From NCBI RefSeq assembly GCF_006345805.1, contig NW_021835963.1:136001-200000 (forward strand): a stretch of DNA of 64,000 nt, written 5' to 3'. The notes beneath the pieces are model-generated. The model made no database searches. It had not been told where the DNA came from and saw only the letters and a list, made by a program, of their open reading frames with translations. This DNA comes from Octopus sinensis (lineage: Eukaryota). Every line of letters begins with the position of its first letter. The first letter of the stretch is position 1. Shown here piece by piece: positions 12,421 to 30,029 of this stretch. The position numbers and the translations under genes were made by a program.

Positions 12421-13468
12421 CTGTCACTCCAACGTTTAACCCATTTGGGGAACCCATCGATCATAAGTGATGATGCAACTTCACACGTATGCACTGGCCA
12501 GGGCGGGAGTTTTCTTTAGAAGCCCCACTAGTATCTCATATATATAGGTTCCCTGCTCTTCATGACACCGCTGTATATCCAAGGGAAAGATCGTAGGCGT
12601 AGGGCTGATGTTGTTCAAGCTCCAGCGTTGTCGCAGACATCGCTATCAGAACGGAAAGGTCTGAAACGAATCCCACAGCGTAACCCGTCCGACGCTCAAA
12701 TTATTTCTTGGATTTGTCCTTGCTTATCGACCCCGAAAGAATGGAAATTACAAAGTTAGCCGCAACGGGATTTGAACTCAAATCGTAGAGAGCTGAAACA
12801 TATGCTTTAACGACTTTGCCAATTCGTTGCCTCAACAACCTCAAGAAATAAAGTGCCTTTAGGATAATATAAGAAAACAGCAGACAAAGGTAAAGGTCAT
12901 TTCTAGAAGACTTATCTCTTAATTGTTAAAGAAGGAAAAATTTGCGTCCTTCTAGCGGGGCCCTTCTGTTGCAAGCATGTGAACCAGATGGCCATTCTGA
13001 GAATAGTTTCATCCTGCCACTCTCAGTGACCCATGAAAAGGGCTAAGGAAGCTGTTCTTGCTTCTTTCATTGAGCCATTAACCCTTTCATTGCATTATCA
13101 AATTTCTTGGTCATATCTTACTGATATTGTTCACCCAAACACACACATATACACAATGATAATAGAAATTATATTTTCTACGTCTCCAACACTATCAGTA
13201 TCTCCTGTACGTTTGGGTTTCATATTCTTGCTCTGTAAAGAGACAGTTGAAGAATTATGTGAAATAAGGAAAATCTGAGAAATTGACCTTTATAAAAAGC
13301 GCCACCAAGAGTGTCTCTACTTCTCGCAGTATATGGAGAGGATTTCTTTTTTCAAAGCCGTGGGTAATCCCGCTTTCCGCAATTAAGGCTAATTAACATT
13401 TTGAGAGGATTTCCGCATTCAAAGAGTTAAAAAAAAACATGGTAAGTAAAGATTTTTAAGCTGCTTAC

Positions 13469-13674
13469 CTCCGACACAAAAGATTGATGTTTTCCTTCAT
13501 CGTAAGTATATCCGTTAATACATGCTAACGTGCGGTTCGAACTGTTACTGCTCCGACTGAATATTTCTATCTGACATTTTCCGTACACTACGTCGTGAGT
13601 ATCGTTGCTCTCGTAGCCGTAGTCGTACAATTGAGATATGTTCAAATTAGCACATCTGGAAGTGGGGATTGAAC
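13469..13674 (-). CDS. SLC22-like transporter, coding exon 2 (extracellular loop)
   Basis: TTTCAG| acceptor, GAG|GTAAGC donor. GSIPTSRCANLNISQ...CINGYTYDEGKHQSFVSE is Cys-containing with N-glycosylation sequons and ends at the S-x-V-S-E that precedes WDLVC. Confidence 0.9.
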
Positions 13675-15689
13675 CTGAAACAGTAACAAAGCATTTTAAT
13701 AGTATTTTACACATTTATTCTTTTACTGAATTCGGTAATTGAATCACGGACATGCTGGAGCACCACTTTTGACGGTTTCAGTTCATCATATCTATCTCAA
13801 CTACTTAATTAGTCTTGTACTGTAATGGCGAAGGTTTACCGTCTTGGTGTAAAGGAACACAAATTGATACATAGATTTACCCTAATGTACAAAAGATTAC
13901 ATACACACACTCATATATACACGAACGCAAGTACACACACACACACACACACACACGCACTCCCCCTCTCTCTCTCTCTCTCTCTTTCTCACACACACAC
14001 GCACACACACACATACTCCGTATTTACCAGCACTCTCGTATAAGGCGCACCCTATTTTATAAATATATTTTATGGATAAAATAAATTTTTTCATACTTTT
14101 ATCGAAAGATATTTTTAAAGTGGTTTCGTGGGGCAGAAATGTATGCTTCTGCGCATGTAAATATATTACCGTGACACTATAATGGAACAATGCACGAAAC
14201 CATAAATTTACCAGAACTAAACTACGATATGGTGGTTCTGCATTTCTCATTATCTACTTTCGGATCATACTGGATGTATGAGGGAAGAACAGTAACAGAA
14301 GAAAAAAGAACCTCCGTAGACCAAAGGTAAAGACAAGTCGTAAGGGGACATGGAAAATACAAAATGATACAATTGTATATACTTATACTTAAAATATCTT
14401 TTGATTTAACGTCAAAATTAAGGCAGTTTGTAGGAAGTAACGCTTATGGAAAAAGTTGGGTGTCTTTCGATCTTAGGGAAAAGGATAAAAATAAATTTGA
14501 AAAGCTCAGAACTAGAAAAAGGAGCGATTGACCCTTTGAACGGTCAATTTTTAAAAATACATTTCGAGTATTCCCCTGATAAATCATCTTTATTTACCGT
14601 TTAGTGGTGGCGGTGAAGATTATGGGTAGTTGTGGTGATGTTGATGATGGTGGAGTTAGTGGTGGTAAGGTTACGATCACGAAAGCCAGTGTTGGAAATC
14701 AATTAAAAACTGCAGACCTTGTTCACAGTTACTAGCTGAGAAGGGTTTCGGAAATCTCCACGGGATGTCAATGATTCAATTAAATGGGTGCATATAAAAG
14801 ACATGAGAACGACTGTGGTTAATAAAAGGAAGAATCGGTCTAATAATGAAAGAACGAACTTCAAGCACGAAGTCCAAGAAACACAACGCTTAAAGATTTT
14901 TAACAAGTGGTGTCAGTAACTATTCCGCCCTGCTATACATAGAACAACAAACAATGGGTCCGCAGAAAGCAAGGTTGCCCTATTGAAATCCATCCTGAGA
15001 ATGTGCTGTATAGGCTAGTAAGAGTATACTGAATACACCGGCCAACAAGAATACATCTTTCTACTTCTCTATAATGTGAAAGTCTCAAAATCATTTCAGG
15101 CTTTCAAATACACTAAAATGTAGTTTGAACCACTTCTTGTTTTATATTTGCATAGCTGGAGATTGATGCCCTGCGGGATACAAGATAGAAAGAAGCTTCC
15201 GTATTTCAAACAGTCAAGAGTCAAAGGGCTCTTTTCACTACTCTGTTAAAACACTGTGAAGCTTCCATTCCGTTTTTGCTTTGGCTCAAATATCACCAAA
15301 CACTTTTAATGATTCCAAAAGGAACAAGGGCCAATAAAATTCATGCTTGTATTAAATCGTTATCTCTTTGGACCAAAGTTAAAGCATCAAGCTGTCTACA
15401 AACATGAGAATCATTCTTTTCGAAGATTATCTGCCTGGTCATTTTAACAAATTTTATTATAAGTTGCAGACAGATTTCATTCTGGCAGTAAGGTACCACT
15501 GACCAAGCTCCTATAAGTGCAGTGATTAAGTCAGAGGTAAAATTGATTTCAAGAGTATTCCTCAAGCTGCAACATCAAAAACTAACACACAATCGACCAT
15601 GCAAAACACATGCTTGGGTTCACAACACCAACTGTCAGTTGTTGCAGGCAAATCCAGCGAATAGTTGTATCTTCAAATCAATAAATATT

Positions 15690-15902
15690 CTTTTCTACTC
15701 TAGGCAAAAGGCTCGAAATTTTGGGGGAGGGGGCTAGTCGATTAGATTAACTCCAGTATGCAACTGGTACTTTAATTTATAACCCTGAAAGGATAAAAGG
15801 CAAAGTCAACCTCGGCAGAATTTGAACTCAGAACATAAAGACAGAAGAACTACTGCTAAGCATTTCGCCTGGCGTGCTAACGTTTCTGCCAGCTCGCCGC
15901 CT
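15690..15902 (-). mobile_element. tRNA-derived SINE (family B) with 18-bp TSD
   Basis: Head GGCGGCGAGCTGGCAGAA; core GACTTTGCCTTT(C)ATCCTTTC resembles the Meta-SINE domain (from memory). TSD TTCAAATCAATAAATATT at 15672-15689 and 15903-15920. Confidence 0.88.
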
Positions 15903-16380
15903 TTCAAATCAATAAATATTGTTGTTGATCAGGAAGAACTAATTCACTATTCAGCAGAATTTTATGATTCACAGGAGCTTTCAGGTCTACTCCCACACAG
16001 ACTTTACCTAAGAGAAGGTCCTAAACAATTCTGGTGCATAATTTAAATAGCTGCAGCTATGCTGTTTATTTTAAATAACCATGGCTATGCACAAGACAAA
16101 TGGTTAAGAAGCTAATTCCACATGGCATTAGGACTCCTAACCACACTGCCGCAAAAGGGAGTACGCAATAAAACTCAGAATTCTACCGATACCAAGAGAT
16201 GTGCCCTTTCTATTTAGAAAGCGTATCAATTCCCAGAAAATCAAAGTCTGACTACATCAAATGATAAATCACAAGAGCTGAACTGCATCAAGAAATATTA
16301 CTTACTTTGCTAATGACCAATTTTATGTTTATGTTAGATTCTCAAGAGTTGGAAACCCAATAATCTCTTTATATTATTTT
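15903..16380 (+). mobile_element. Degenerate Helitron PIF1-like helicase remnant
   Basis: FKSINIVVDQEELIHYSAEFYDSQELSGLLPHRLYLREG, then DVPFLFRKR..QFP, DKSQ and YV.FSRVGNP, matching Helitron helicase C-terminal motifs; many stops and frameshifts. Confidence 0.72.
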
Positions 16381-17324
16381 TGGTAAAACTAAAACCATAT
16401 TTTTGGGGGGGGATTTGGTTTGCAAGATTCTTTATATGAGTTCGTGTGTTGAAGCATATTCTGTTGTGTCTGGGGAGAGTCATTTTCTTTTTGTGCCTTA
16501 TAATATAACACACTTATAATATAACACACATACATACATACATATATGCATGTGCATACACACACATATATACCTACATACACATGCAAACACACACATA
16601 CATACATACGTACATGCATGCATGTATAGGAACACAGACACACTGACTCACACATATGCGCACAAACAAACAAAAGGGAACGCAGTGTAAATAAAGGACA
16701 GAGTCAAAACTATTGAAAAGGTTGCAAGACGCAACGAAAGTTTTAGGAAAATAAGAATATGAAAAAAGTGGAAATTTTGCCGGTGAGCATGTTAAATTAT
16801 AAGGCATGAAAAGAAAATGACTCTCCCCAGACACAACATAATTTTTTTATCACTGCGTATATTGCATTTCTCATATTTGGATATGTGGGTTTACTCTCAA
16901 CACTACGGTTTCCACATGTCATAGAATATCTTTATTCTATGGCTAGTTTTCCTCCCGTCACTTGGCTATCTATTCAATTTTCAAATAATTTTAAGAATTA
17001 AAGACAATGTTCACTTATAGTTGCAAATAAAATAAAAGTGTTCTCACATTTCCTTAATATTTATTTAATATGCTTGAATTAAATATACGGCACAAGTGGA
17101 ATTCAATGTACTGTTAATATAAAGGGCACATTTTTAACATAATGCATTAGTCATAAGGCTGCGTTAAATGTACTGGTAAAAGATTTTATTCTCTTTAACG
17201 AGAAGCAACGTTACAAGGTATCTGCATTTCCTACTAAATACGGTTTACTATCCCGGAATTAAACCATGAACGCTTAAACAGTATTTAGCTACCTTGTAAT
17301 TATTCTCCTGGATTTTTCCTATGA

Positions 17325-17832
<508 letters not shown>

Positions 17833-18086
17833 AGATAAGATTAGAAAATGGAGAAATAAATAACAATAAGAAGGGGATCTTTGGTGTTATTAAGGCATTA
17901 TTTAATTAAGATGGGAGTATGATAAGGTAAGTTTACAGTAATTACCAGGAGTGCCTCTGGATACATCTATCCCTTAGATGGCTTTCATAAATCTAACTTA
18001 TATCAATTTAACTATTTCACCATAGATTGGTGAAACAAAGTTGAATAGTTAGTATTAATTGATTTTTAAGCCATTGGACGAGTATA

Positions 18087-19560
<1,474 letters not shown>

Positions 19561-19978
19561 CCGTATCGAAGATACAATCGATTAAAAGCGTAAGGACTGG
19601 AGTGGTACTTTATTTTATCGACCCCAAAAGAATTAGAGGTAAAGTCAACTTCGGAGGAATTTCAACTCAGAATATGAAGAATCGGAAGAAATGTTTCAAA
19701 GTATTCTGTCCGGCTTGTTAACGTTTCTGTCAGTCAAAAATTTCTGTCAGTCAAACATTTACATTAAAATTCCGCCAATGTTAGATTGGCCTTAAAAAGG
19801 GGACATGGATAAAAGGTAAGACAAATGACCCCTGTAGAAGGCATTAGTCACTCCTGACTAGAAGACAAAAAGAAAAAAACCTCTTTCATTGGATACAAGA
19901 TTATGGTTCTTCCAAAAACGGTGGGGGAGGGATTTAAAATCTACAAAAGAAAAAAACAAATATTTTTTCAGCACCTAC

Positions 19979-20105
19979 CGATAAATACAATCTTCAGCAA
20001 AGCAACAACGCAAGGAATCATGGAAGCGTCACTGAGCAGGTATTGGGTGAGCTGGAAGAATCCTTTTGGTTTCAAGCTAACCAGTAGAGAATCGACGTCG
20101 ATCAT
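19979..20105 (-). CDS. SLC22/organic cation transporter-like MFS protein, coding exon 1
   Basis: ATG at 20105; MIDVDSLLVSLKPKGFFQLTQYLLSDASMIPCVVALLKIVFI(G) resembles the SLC22 N-terminus (D-x-LL...G-x-FQ plus TM1). Donor G|GTAGGT, phase 1, matches exon 2. Absent from the ORF track. Confidence 0.85.
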
Positions 20106-20161
20106 TTTGTCCGCTGTTTAACTGTAACACTAATTATTGTTTCTTTGGAAATGCTGATAAT

Positions 20162-20236
20162 GTCGACGAGGGCGATGGAGACGACGAGGGCGATGGAGAC
20201 GACGAGGGCGATGGAGACGACGAGGGCGACGGCGAT
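20162..20236. repeat. 18-bp minisatellite (GACGAGGGCGATGGAGAC, ~4 copies)
   Basis: Direct tandem repeat just upstream of the SLC22 start exon. Confidence 0.9.
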
Positions 20237-20699
20237 GAAGATGATACTGATCTGATGATGATGACAATGCCGTGGATGAAGTCGATACTGCTGCAAATAT
20301 AATCGCCGTTGAACTTTGTGTTAGCTTCAATGCGTTTGTATTTCTCGACGTGTATCACAGCCACACTCCACCAGTCTGGGTCTGATAGGATTTTGATTCT
20401 TCTCTCTCTATAGGTTATATTGTTATCATTGTAATGTAATTGTAATGTACCAATCGCGTAGGTTTGAGGTGGGGTGGTGGCTAAAGTTAAGTCAGAAACT
20501 GATATGGCGTGGTAGACGGTTCGTCGCATTGCAACGACTGTCATACAGAAAGAGCGTTTCTACGGTCCATAGGGCAATCCCACACGTAAACACATACCTA
20601 AAGATACAGACTTACAAATACAAATTCACTCAGACACGCAATCACTCAGTGACTCAGCCAAAATTGTACAAGACGGTAACTAAAGAAACGAGAAATGTG

Positions 20700-20780
20700 C
20701 GTGTGTGTGTGTGTGTGTGTATATAGACATAATGTGTAGGTTTCTCTATATACAAATACACACACACACACACACGCAGG

Positions 20781-20828
<48 letters not shown>

Positions 20829-20925
20829 TATATATAAAAAATGAGTTAAGAGAAATAGCTCAAAGTGAAAAACAGACAAATACAGGTGTATCAAATTCCA
20901 TACAACACAAATTCTTGAGGCATGT

Positions 20926-20962
<37 letters not shown>

Positions 20963-21140
20963 TGCGTGTGTATGCGTGTACATAGACATAATGTGTAGGT
21001 TTATCTATATAAAAATACACACACACACACATAAAACAAAAATAAATTAAGAGAAATAGCTCAAAGTGACCAGTGGCATATGTATGAAAAACATAAACAA
21101 ATACAGGTGTATCAAATGCCTTACAAAACAAATTCTCAAG

Positions 21141-21172
<32 letters not shown>
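20700..21172. repeat. Tandem duplication, two ~235-bp units bounded by (GT)n
   Basis: atagacataatgtgtaggttt...ttaagagaaatagctcaaagtga...caaatacaggtgtatcaaat occurs twice. Confidence 0.85.
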
Positions 21173-21177
<5 letters not shown>

Positions 21178-21619
21178 ATATTTTTAAAATTTTATTTGTT
21201 TCAGTCATTTGACTGCGGCCATGCTGGACCACTGCCTTTAATCAAACAAATCGAGCCCCCAGGACTTATTCTTTATAAGCCTAGTACTAATTCTATCGGT
21301 CTCTTTTTGCCGAACCGCTAAGTTTCAGGGATGTAAGCATCAACATCTGTTGTCAACCAATGGCAGGTGCACACACACACACACACTTACATATAGGACA
21401 GGCTTCTTTCAGTTTCCGTCTACCAAATCCACTCACAAGGCTTCGGTGGGCCCGAGGCTATAATAGAAGACACTTGCCCAAGATGCCACGCATTAGGACT
21501 GTACCCGGTACCATGTGGTTGGTAAGCAAGCTACTTACCACACAGCCACAATAATAATAACAATAATTAAAATGCTGCTAGGGATCCATACATATGCAAT
21601 AATAATGATAATAATAATG

Positions 21620-22112
<493 letters not shown>

Positions 22113-23121
22113 AATAATTATCATTATATGCATAAAGTTAAAGTGATCATTAATAATTAAATTGACAAAAATACTTCAACATAGTAGCTACATAGAATCG
22201 ATTGAGAATTATATACAAGTCCTCTTGGGTAGAGTACACATGACATCACGAATAAATATTTTAAAAAATTTTCGTTAATGCCTTGAAGCAGGAGCAACAT
22301 ATTTTGAATAAATATGAAATAAAACAATAGTTTTATGTCGCCACCAGTTTTACCAGAAATAAATAATTCAGCGATTATTATAATGAGAGACTTTCCGAAA
22401 TAGCTTCTTGGTGACAATTATTATATCTGAAATTAATTTTGCTTGAATTGTGACTACGGGAGGCTTTAGCTTACTTCTTATAGATACAACATCGATTTTC
22501 CTGAAGCTACATTCCCGAAGCCCTTCAGGGTTATTGATTTCCAAACCTGAGATGGTCACCCTGGTCAACACACTCCAAAGTAGACACGTACCCGTACATT
22601 ATTAGAAGAAATAGTTTCAAATTTTGGCACAAGACCAGACATTTAGTGAGAGTGGTAAGTCAATTACATCAACCCCAGTATCTACCTGTATTTATTTCAT
22701 CGACCTCGAAAAGGATGAAGGACAAAGTCGACCTCGGTGGAATTTGAACTCAGAACGTAATGAATGCCGCTAAGCATTTTGCCCGGAGTGCTAACGATTC
22801 TGCCACCTCGCCACCTTACATTAGCATAAATAATACAAGTTTATTGATATAGCAATCTGCAAGGCACAAGTCTGCAGGATTCCAGGGAACTAGTCTGGCG
22901 ACCGCTGACATTTGAAGTTCCTGCTCATGAATTATTGCGGATTATAGGAGGTTCCGAACCATTTGTGTTGTACCAGAATAATACGATTAAATTGTAGAAA
23001 TATATCATTGGTGTCGCTGGAGTCGCTGGTGTTGTATCGCTAAGTAATTGCTCGACTTCTTTTTCGACGAGTAGCAGTAGCTTTGGCAAGTTTTAATTTA
23101 TCACCGAGGGAGTATGTTTAC

Positions 23122-25606
23122 TAGGGTTATGACCTTTTCACAACCTAATAACCCTATACTGTATTTCGATGAATGATTTTATAAAAGTTAAGAAACTAAC
23201 ATTTATTATGCTTTATCTGAAAAAATGACACCCGACAACTTAAGAAATCGATCACCACTTTTGACCCAAAGCATGCAATATTGTAGGGTGGAACCATAAC
23301 GCCTGCTCAAGTTTTTACCAAACTTGATGTGCTGATTCAATGGGATGCAGAAATAGTATATCTGAAATTTCAGCTTTCTAGTTGAAGTAGTTTCGGAGTT
23401 ATGGGCTTTTGAAACTATGATCACTAGATGGCACTAAATTCCCTCTTCAATATTTCCGCTGCCTAAATCCCTGTAAACGCAACAGAGATGTGGAAGAAAC
23501 ATGTATTTATGCATTTTAAAGATTACTGAATTGAAATTGCTCTATGCAAGGGTTCAAAACTAGGCTTTTTTAAGACAGAGGCCACTACAAGAATTCGATA
23601 ACATACAAAATTTTAAAAAAACAATGCATATTTTAAACTTTATAGATTTAATTCCAATTTTGAATAATTGCATAAGAAAAATGGTACTGAATGTTAGCAA
23701 ATTTTTAAACATAACAAAGAATTAATATGTTTTCTTGAATAAAATGTTAGTTAGTTAGTTAATTTTTTGGTTCAAAAAGCAAAAAGCAAGGCCATGTAGG
23801 GGGACATGGAGTTATGTACAGGGTGGTGTTCATGTAAAGAGTTCAGGCCACTTGTGGTCAAGGGAGACTTTGAACCGAGCGGTCGTCGGCATCTTCCCCA
23901 TCTCGTCTGGCAGCTTATTCCACGGATCGAAGCTGAAGTTTCTCCTTCTTTGTATACACATCATAAAGATCTTGAAGGCACTTGGTGCCTCGTTCTGCAA
24001 TTTTGATTTGTTCTGAGAATTTCCAGTTTTGATGGTTCTCGACTCCAAAATTTTTTTTATGAACTTGCAGGCTACCACATAACTTCTGATAATTATGTGT
24101 ATTGAACATTTGGTCAGTAAACCAAAAATCTGCACAGCTGTAAGGGATGAATCGACAAACATTGAAAAGCAAAACTCTTTTTTCTGGTAGAAGAATAACT
24201 GCCAAAAGCGCTAGTGTTGCTCGAGAATTCCATCTTGTATGACTTAAGTTGGGTATTTTTCGAAACTTTACAGTAGGAAATTCGCCGACTTCTTCAAAGA
24301 AATGAAAAACTCTGGTCAAATGAAATAGAAATTCCATGTCATCTCGCCATCCTGCTGATTCAGTAATCTTTTCTTCACCATTGTTGAAATTAGCCTGGAG
24401 TTTCTCGTAATTACTTAGCTCTGGGATGAATGTATATTCAATATTGGGAGATGACTTTTTCTCCAAGTTATTCACTACAATACGAAGAACTCTATCAAGT
24501 ATGTGATGCTGACAACCAATGAATTGCAGTCCTTTCAAACTCTTTTGAGCAAACAGTCTTTGTAACTGAATGACAATGCCATTTCTTTTTCCAGTGTTCA
24601 AACTCGTTGTATCAGCGACAATCATCTTTACACAGTTCCATAAATTGTATTCATCTAAAACAGCTGTTATTCCTTTCACAACAGTATCAGCTTTTCCCTG
24701 AATGACACTGGAGTGGCATTCAGGACACTTTTCTTCTTTTGGGTGGATGGACAGTTTTGGAACTGGCTGCCTTTCCAGTTGCATACCCAACCTGTCCCTC
24801 GCTTTCAATCTGAAGATAATATTACCTTCTATCCTCACTGCACAGCCATTCACCGTTTTCCTTTGTGATGTCAAAAATTCCTTTCAATGAATCGTATTTT
24901 GCTTGTTTTACACATTCAACGTAGGTATTCAGCACTTTTTCTACTTTTGCTTGCACATTTTGATTTGATAAATATGAGAAATTTAATTTCTTTTGTCATA
25001 AAAAAGTTACTTCTTTCGAAATTTCCTTTGCTCTTTCTTTCCTTCCTTTGATGGCACCTCTTCGGAACAGGTAGCGACCGACAATTTGAAGTTTCTTTGG
25101 TATCCTACAGTTGTTTTCCAAAAAATGCTCTTCTAGAGGAACAGGTTTTCTTTTCCTATGTGAGTCTTAAAATTGCACGAGATTTTTCGTCCAAATTTTT
25201 TTGTTTCTTTGAGTGACACAAGCACTTTTCTTTTTGCGTCAAAGAACTAAACATGAGAGAGAGGGAATATTTTCTAAAGTAGGGCCTAAGTGGTAACAAA
25301 TTAAAAACTCTATAACTCCTTAACTACTTCAACTTGAAAGGTGAAATTTGAGATATACTGTTTCTGATTTTCATTAAGTCAGCACACCAATTTCGTAAAC
25401 ACTTCAGTAAACATTATAAACCCCAACTAAAATTTTGCATGATTTGGGTCAAAAAGGGTGTCAGATTTCTTCAGTTTGGGGTGACTTTTTAAAAAAAAAA
25501 AAAAACTTAAAATAAAAGGTATTTTCCCTACTTATATGAAATTGTTCATCCACTTTTGATACAGGTATTTGTTTACTTCTAAAAAAATCAGAAAGTCATA
25601 ACCCTA
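23122..25606 (-). mobile_element. hATm-type DNA transposon, decayed, with long imperfect TIRs
   Basis: Ends TAGGGTTATGAC...GTCATAACCCTA; imperfect inverted homology of ~300 bp (23122-23415 vs 25305-25606). Transposase ORF 23915-24874 has DTTSLNTGKRNG and CQHHILD. Degenerate 8-bp TSD ATGTTTAC/ATATTTTC. Confidence 0.85.
23747..23930 (-). mobile_element. CR1-group LINE 3' fragment nested in the hATm element
   Basis: DPWNKLPDEMGKMPTTARFKVSLDHKW* C-terminus and (TAAC)n tail. Confidence 0.7.
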
Positions 25607-26804
25607 ATATTTTCGTTAAGAAATGCGCAATTCCTGGTCTGTTTATGCGATAAGAATTGCTTAAACAGGCCAGGCATAGTATATTTCTTGATGGCGAAAA
25701 AACAAAATAATGACGATTTGATTACGTATCAAACAGTTAACAATGTACCAAGCCTTATCCTCGAATTTACAATCTTGTGTTAATTAGTTCGTTTTATTTA
25801 GCCCGTTCAGCTGACTGGTCCATCTTCATTATACAAGTGAGATTATTATTTTAATAAAAGTGTTCGGAGAATACACGTGCATGATTTTAAATGTTCGTTC
25901 AAATGTTTTTTAAAATAATTATCTGAAACAGCACTTTGTCTTTTCCTTCGGGACCGAATATTTGGTTTATTAAACCCTCTCTTTCATGAGCAATCCAGAA
26001 ACATAAATACTCTTTTACTCTTTACTTGTTTCAGTCATTTGACTGCGGCCATGCTGGAGTACCGCCTTTAATCGAGCAACTCGACCCCGGGACTTATTCT
26101 TTGTAAGCCCAGTACTTATTCTATCGGTCTCTTTTGCCGAACCGCTAAGTAACGGGGACAGAAACACACCAGCATCGGTTGTGAAGCAATGCTAGGGGGA
26201 CAAACACAACACACAAACACACACACACACACACACACATACACATATATATATATACATATATACGACGGGTTTCTTTCAGTTTCCGTCTACCAAATCC
26301 ACTCACAAGGCTTTGGTCGGCCCGAGGCTATAGTAGACGACACTTGCCCAAATGTATATGATTTCTATTTCTCCGTCTCCTGCAACGATGTAATCCTTGA
26401 GATACGTGATTAAGCCGATCGAGATGAATTTCCCAGTTATTACGATTCGTCAAATTATAGAAAAAGGGGTCAAAGTTGGGAACCAAAAGAAATTACAGCG
26501 GAGACATACAAGAAAATAGAAACTGTAATTTTTTTGTTCCCAACTTTGACCCTCCATAAATCTTAAATTTTATTCTAGAATTTATGGGAGCAACTGTCTT
26601 TGAATACTCATATTGTCGTTAAATGCTCGAAATGAAGAGTAGATAAACAGCTGACAACTGATGAAGGCTCCTTTGTCTCTGTTTACTTGCCCTGTTTTCT
26701 ATTACTTCTTGTTTGCGTATTTCACTCGTTTTTCCCTCATTTATTTATATATTTCATGCTATTTGCACCGTTGGTGACGCCCTGTATCCATATATGCATG
26801 TATG

Positions 26805-26847
<43 letters not shown>

Positions 26848-26933
26848 ATTTATTATATACATATATATTATATATTATTTATTATTTAATCGATTGCGAC
26901 GCATCCATTTCCGAGTAAGTACATATATATAAT

Positions 26934-27248
<315 letters not shown>

Positions 27249-28607
27249 AAACAATAACATATCATCAACAAAAAGCTAACTCTGAAGAGAAGACCACCTC
27301 GAGGAACCCCACACAAAGACTCGGATTACTGTGTACCATCAGTCAAAAGTGTCCCCCTCCAATTTTTCCACCCTTTTTTTATGGTCGTATGAGTAGAATA
27401 GGCACATCTAGTCCCCTAAACCATGCTGGAGTTAGTTCTTTTTATAAAACATGCTACCTTTCCATCCTCACATTACTCTTGTGGCCGATAAGGGCTTGTC
27501 CACGAAGTAAAACCTTGGTTTTTAAACTGTTTTCACTACGTCCACCACAAAACATTCTTCCCTACTTCAATGACGAAGAGTGACCACCTTTCCATGCCAA
27601 AGAAAAGCGATGGGTTGGTCTTCATCCTAGACTCGAATGATGGTGACATTTGTCACGCACGTGACAGTCGCTGCTCGACACAAGTCTGCAAAATGGCAAT
27701 GCATGACCAATGAACGAATGCGTGCATGATGGATTCCTTGACCTGCGCACTTCTCGGAAAGGTTCGGCTGACAGCACTTGAGTGACCGTAGATTTTGTTC
27801 TGAACATACAATATTCACCTGTATTCCTGCCAAACTAAGGAATTCCGGGAGTTGTCCATAATCTCCTAAATTAATTTCCCTCCAAACGAAACTTCCCTGG
27901 CGATCTTTGTTGGCATCCAGAATCGGTCTTAGCCACTGTCGGTTATATATTCCTTTAATATGCGTTAGTTAACGTTCTACTAACCGCATTTTCAGGATGG
28001 TAAGAGTGCAGTGAGCATCTGGCAACATTCCAGAACCCGAAAAACCTACTTGCTGAGGTGGGAGGAGAGGAGGACAAGGAAGAGGAGGGGAAGGAGGAGA
28101 AAGAGGCGGGGCAAGAAAGGGAGGACACGCTATTTCGGAATATTATATTTCATTTTAGCAGAACCAAACATTTTAACTATCACTAACACACACACACACC
28201 CACACACTTACACACACACACACTCACACACACACACTCTCACACACACACACTCACACACACACACATGCACGCACACACACTCACACACTCACACACT
28301 CACACACACACACATGCACGCACATACACACACACACTCACACACACACACTCACACACTCACACACACACACATGCACGCACACACACCCACACACTTA
28401 CACACACACACACTCACACACACACACACACACACGCACGCACACACCGTGTACCGCACACGCACATGCCACACACAAGCACATGCACAAAAACGTGAAC
28501 TGAAATAGGATTATATAATAAGTCTATGCAAATAAGCTGCGGAAGGGCATAAACGTGATGTCACCGAGAAACCCAGTTGAAAGATGTCTATCTCCATATA
28601 TATATAT

Positions 28608-28830
28608 ACTAGCAGTATCGCCCTGCGTTGCTCGGGTTTATAAGGGAAATAACTATATAAGCATTTTTAGAGATGTAAAGTATAATAGCCATCTCAATAT
28701 GGCTAACCACAAAGGGGGGGGTGTTACTGTAGCTTTTTACGTTCTGAGATTTAATTATAAATTTTTAGAGAGTTACTTCCCTTATATATGCCAAAAAATG
28801 CATCAAAAATGGGGAAAATTGATGGTAAAT
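28608..28830 (-). mobile_element. Helitron 3' portion
   Basis: A|CTAGCAGTATCGCCCTGCGTTGCTCGGG is the reverse complement of the family's hairpin-CTAG end; truncated at the Chapaev3 element. Confidence 0.8.
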
Positions 28831-28832
28831 AA

Positions 28833-29135
28833 CACAAGGTAACAATTTTCAAATAAAAAATTGTTTATTGTATTTTTTTTTTGTTTATGAATCCATTTTT
28901 TCTGCTGATTCCAAAAATGAAATTATTTTTCATGTATCATCAACAGAGGCGCAGGAGTGGCTGTGTGGTAAGTAGCTTGCTTACCAACCACATGGTTCCG
29001 GGTTCGGTCCCACTGCGTGGCATCTTGAGCAAGTGTCTTCTGCTATAGCCCCGGGCCGACCAATGCCTTGCGAGTGGATTTGGTAGACGGAAACTGAAAG
29101 AAGCCCGTCGTATATATGTATATATATGTATATAT

Positions 29136-29171
<36 letters not shown>

Positions 29172-30029
29172 TTGTGTGTCTGTGTTTGTCCCCCTAGCAT
29201 TGCTTGACAACCGATGCTGGTGTGTTTACGTCCCCGTCACTTAGCGGTTCGGCAAAAAGAGACCGATAGAATAAGTACTGGGCTTACAAAGAATAAGTCC
29301 CGGTGTCGATTTGCTCGACTAAAGGCGGTGCTCCAGCATGGCCGCAGTCAAATGACTGAAACAAGTAAAAGAGTAAAGAGTAAGAGAGAGAGTTTAAAAA
29401 ATATGTCGACTTTCCTAGGAAATCACAAAGATCCTAATTACAAACAGCTGGTAGCAAAGCTTATTGAAAACTTCAAGAAAATTGGTTGTCGTATGTACTT
29501 AAAGGTTCATTTTTTGCACTCTCACCTAGATTTTTCCCCGAAAACTTGGGTGATGTCAGTGAGGAGCACCAGAACATCGCAACTATGAAAAGAAGATACC
29601 TAGGACGATGGAATACTGCTATAATGGGAGATGATATATGGTCTCTAGTCAGAAGAGATGAAGGTGTACACTCCAGAAAATATCGATCGTTAAAGCACTT
29701 CTCATCTTAAGAAAAGAGTTATCGAGGCATTTACAGTGCAGAGTTTTATTGTTTCTTTTTGTTCTAACTAATATTATACTTCCTAAATACCTTTCAATAT
29801 ATGAAAAAGTACTAAATGTGGTGTAATTATCCTTACAATACTAGAATTGATTGAACCAACAAAATGCTGTAGAGAAAAGTTACAAATATAACGAGCAAAT
29901 ATGAAATTAGGAATAAATAAATAACTATCGATGTTAGGTAAAAATGAATGTGATTTTTTAATTTAGTGGCAAAAAATGCATATATGAACATTAAAAAATA
30001 CAAATAAACAAAACATGTTTTACATTGTG
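28833..30029 (+). mobile_element. Chapaev3-like (CMC) DNA transposon, internally deleted, with nested SINE
   Basis: TAA|CACAAGGTAA ... TTACATTGTG|TAA (short TIR, TAA flanks). FLGNHKDPNY...LKVHFLHSHLDF/FPENLGDVSEEH..NIATMKRRY.GRW transposase C-terminus. Family-A SINE at 28947-29385. Confidence 0.8.

Noticed and set aside
26660-26700. Second hammerhead (CTGATGA near 26658)
   Set aside because: No stem II or GAAA follows.
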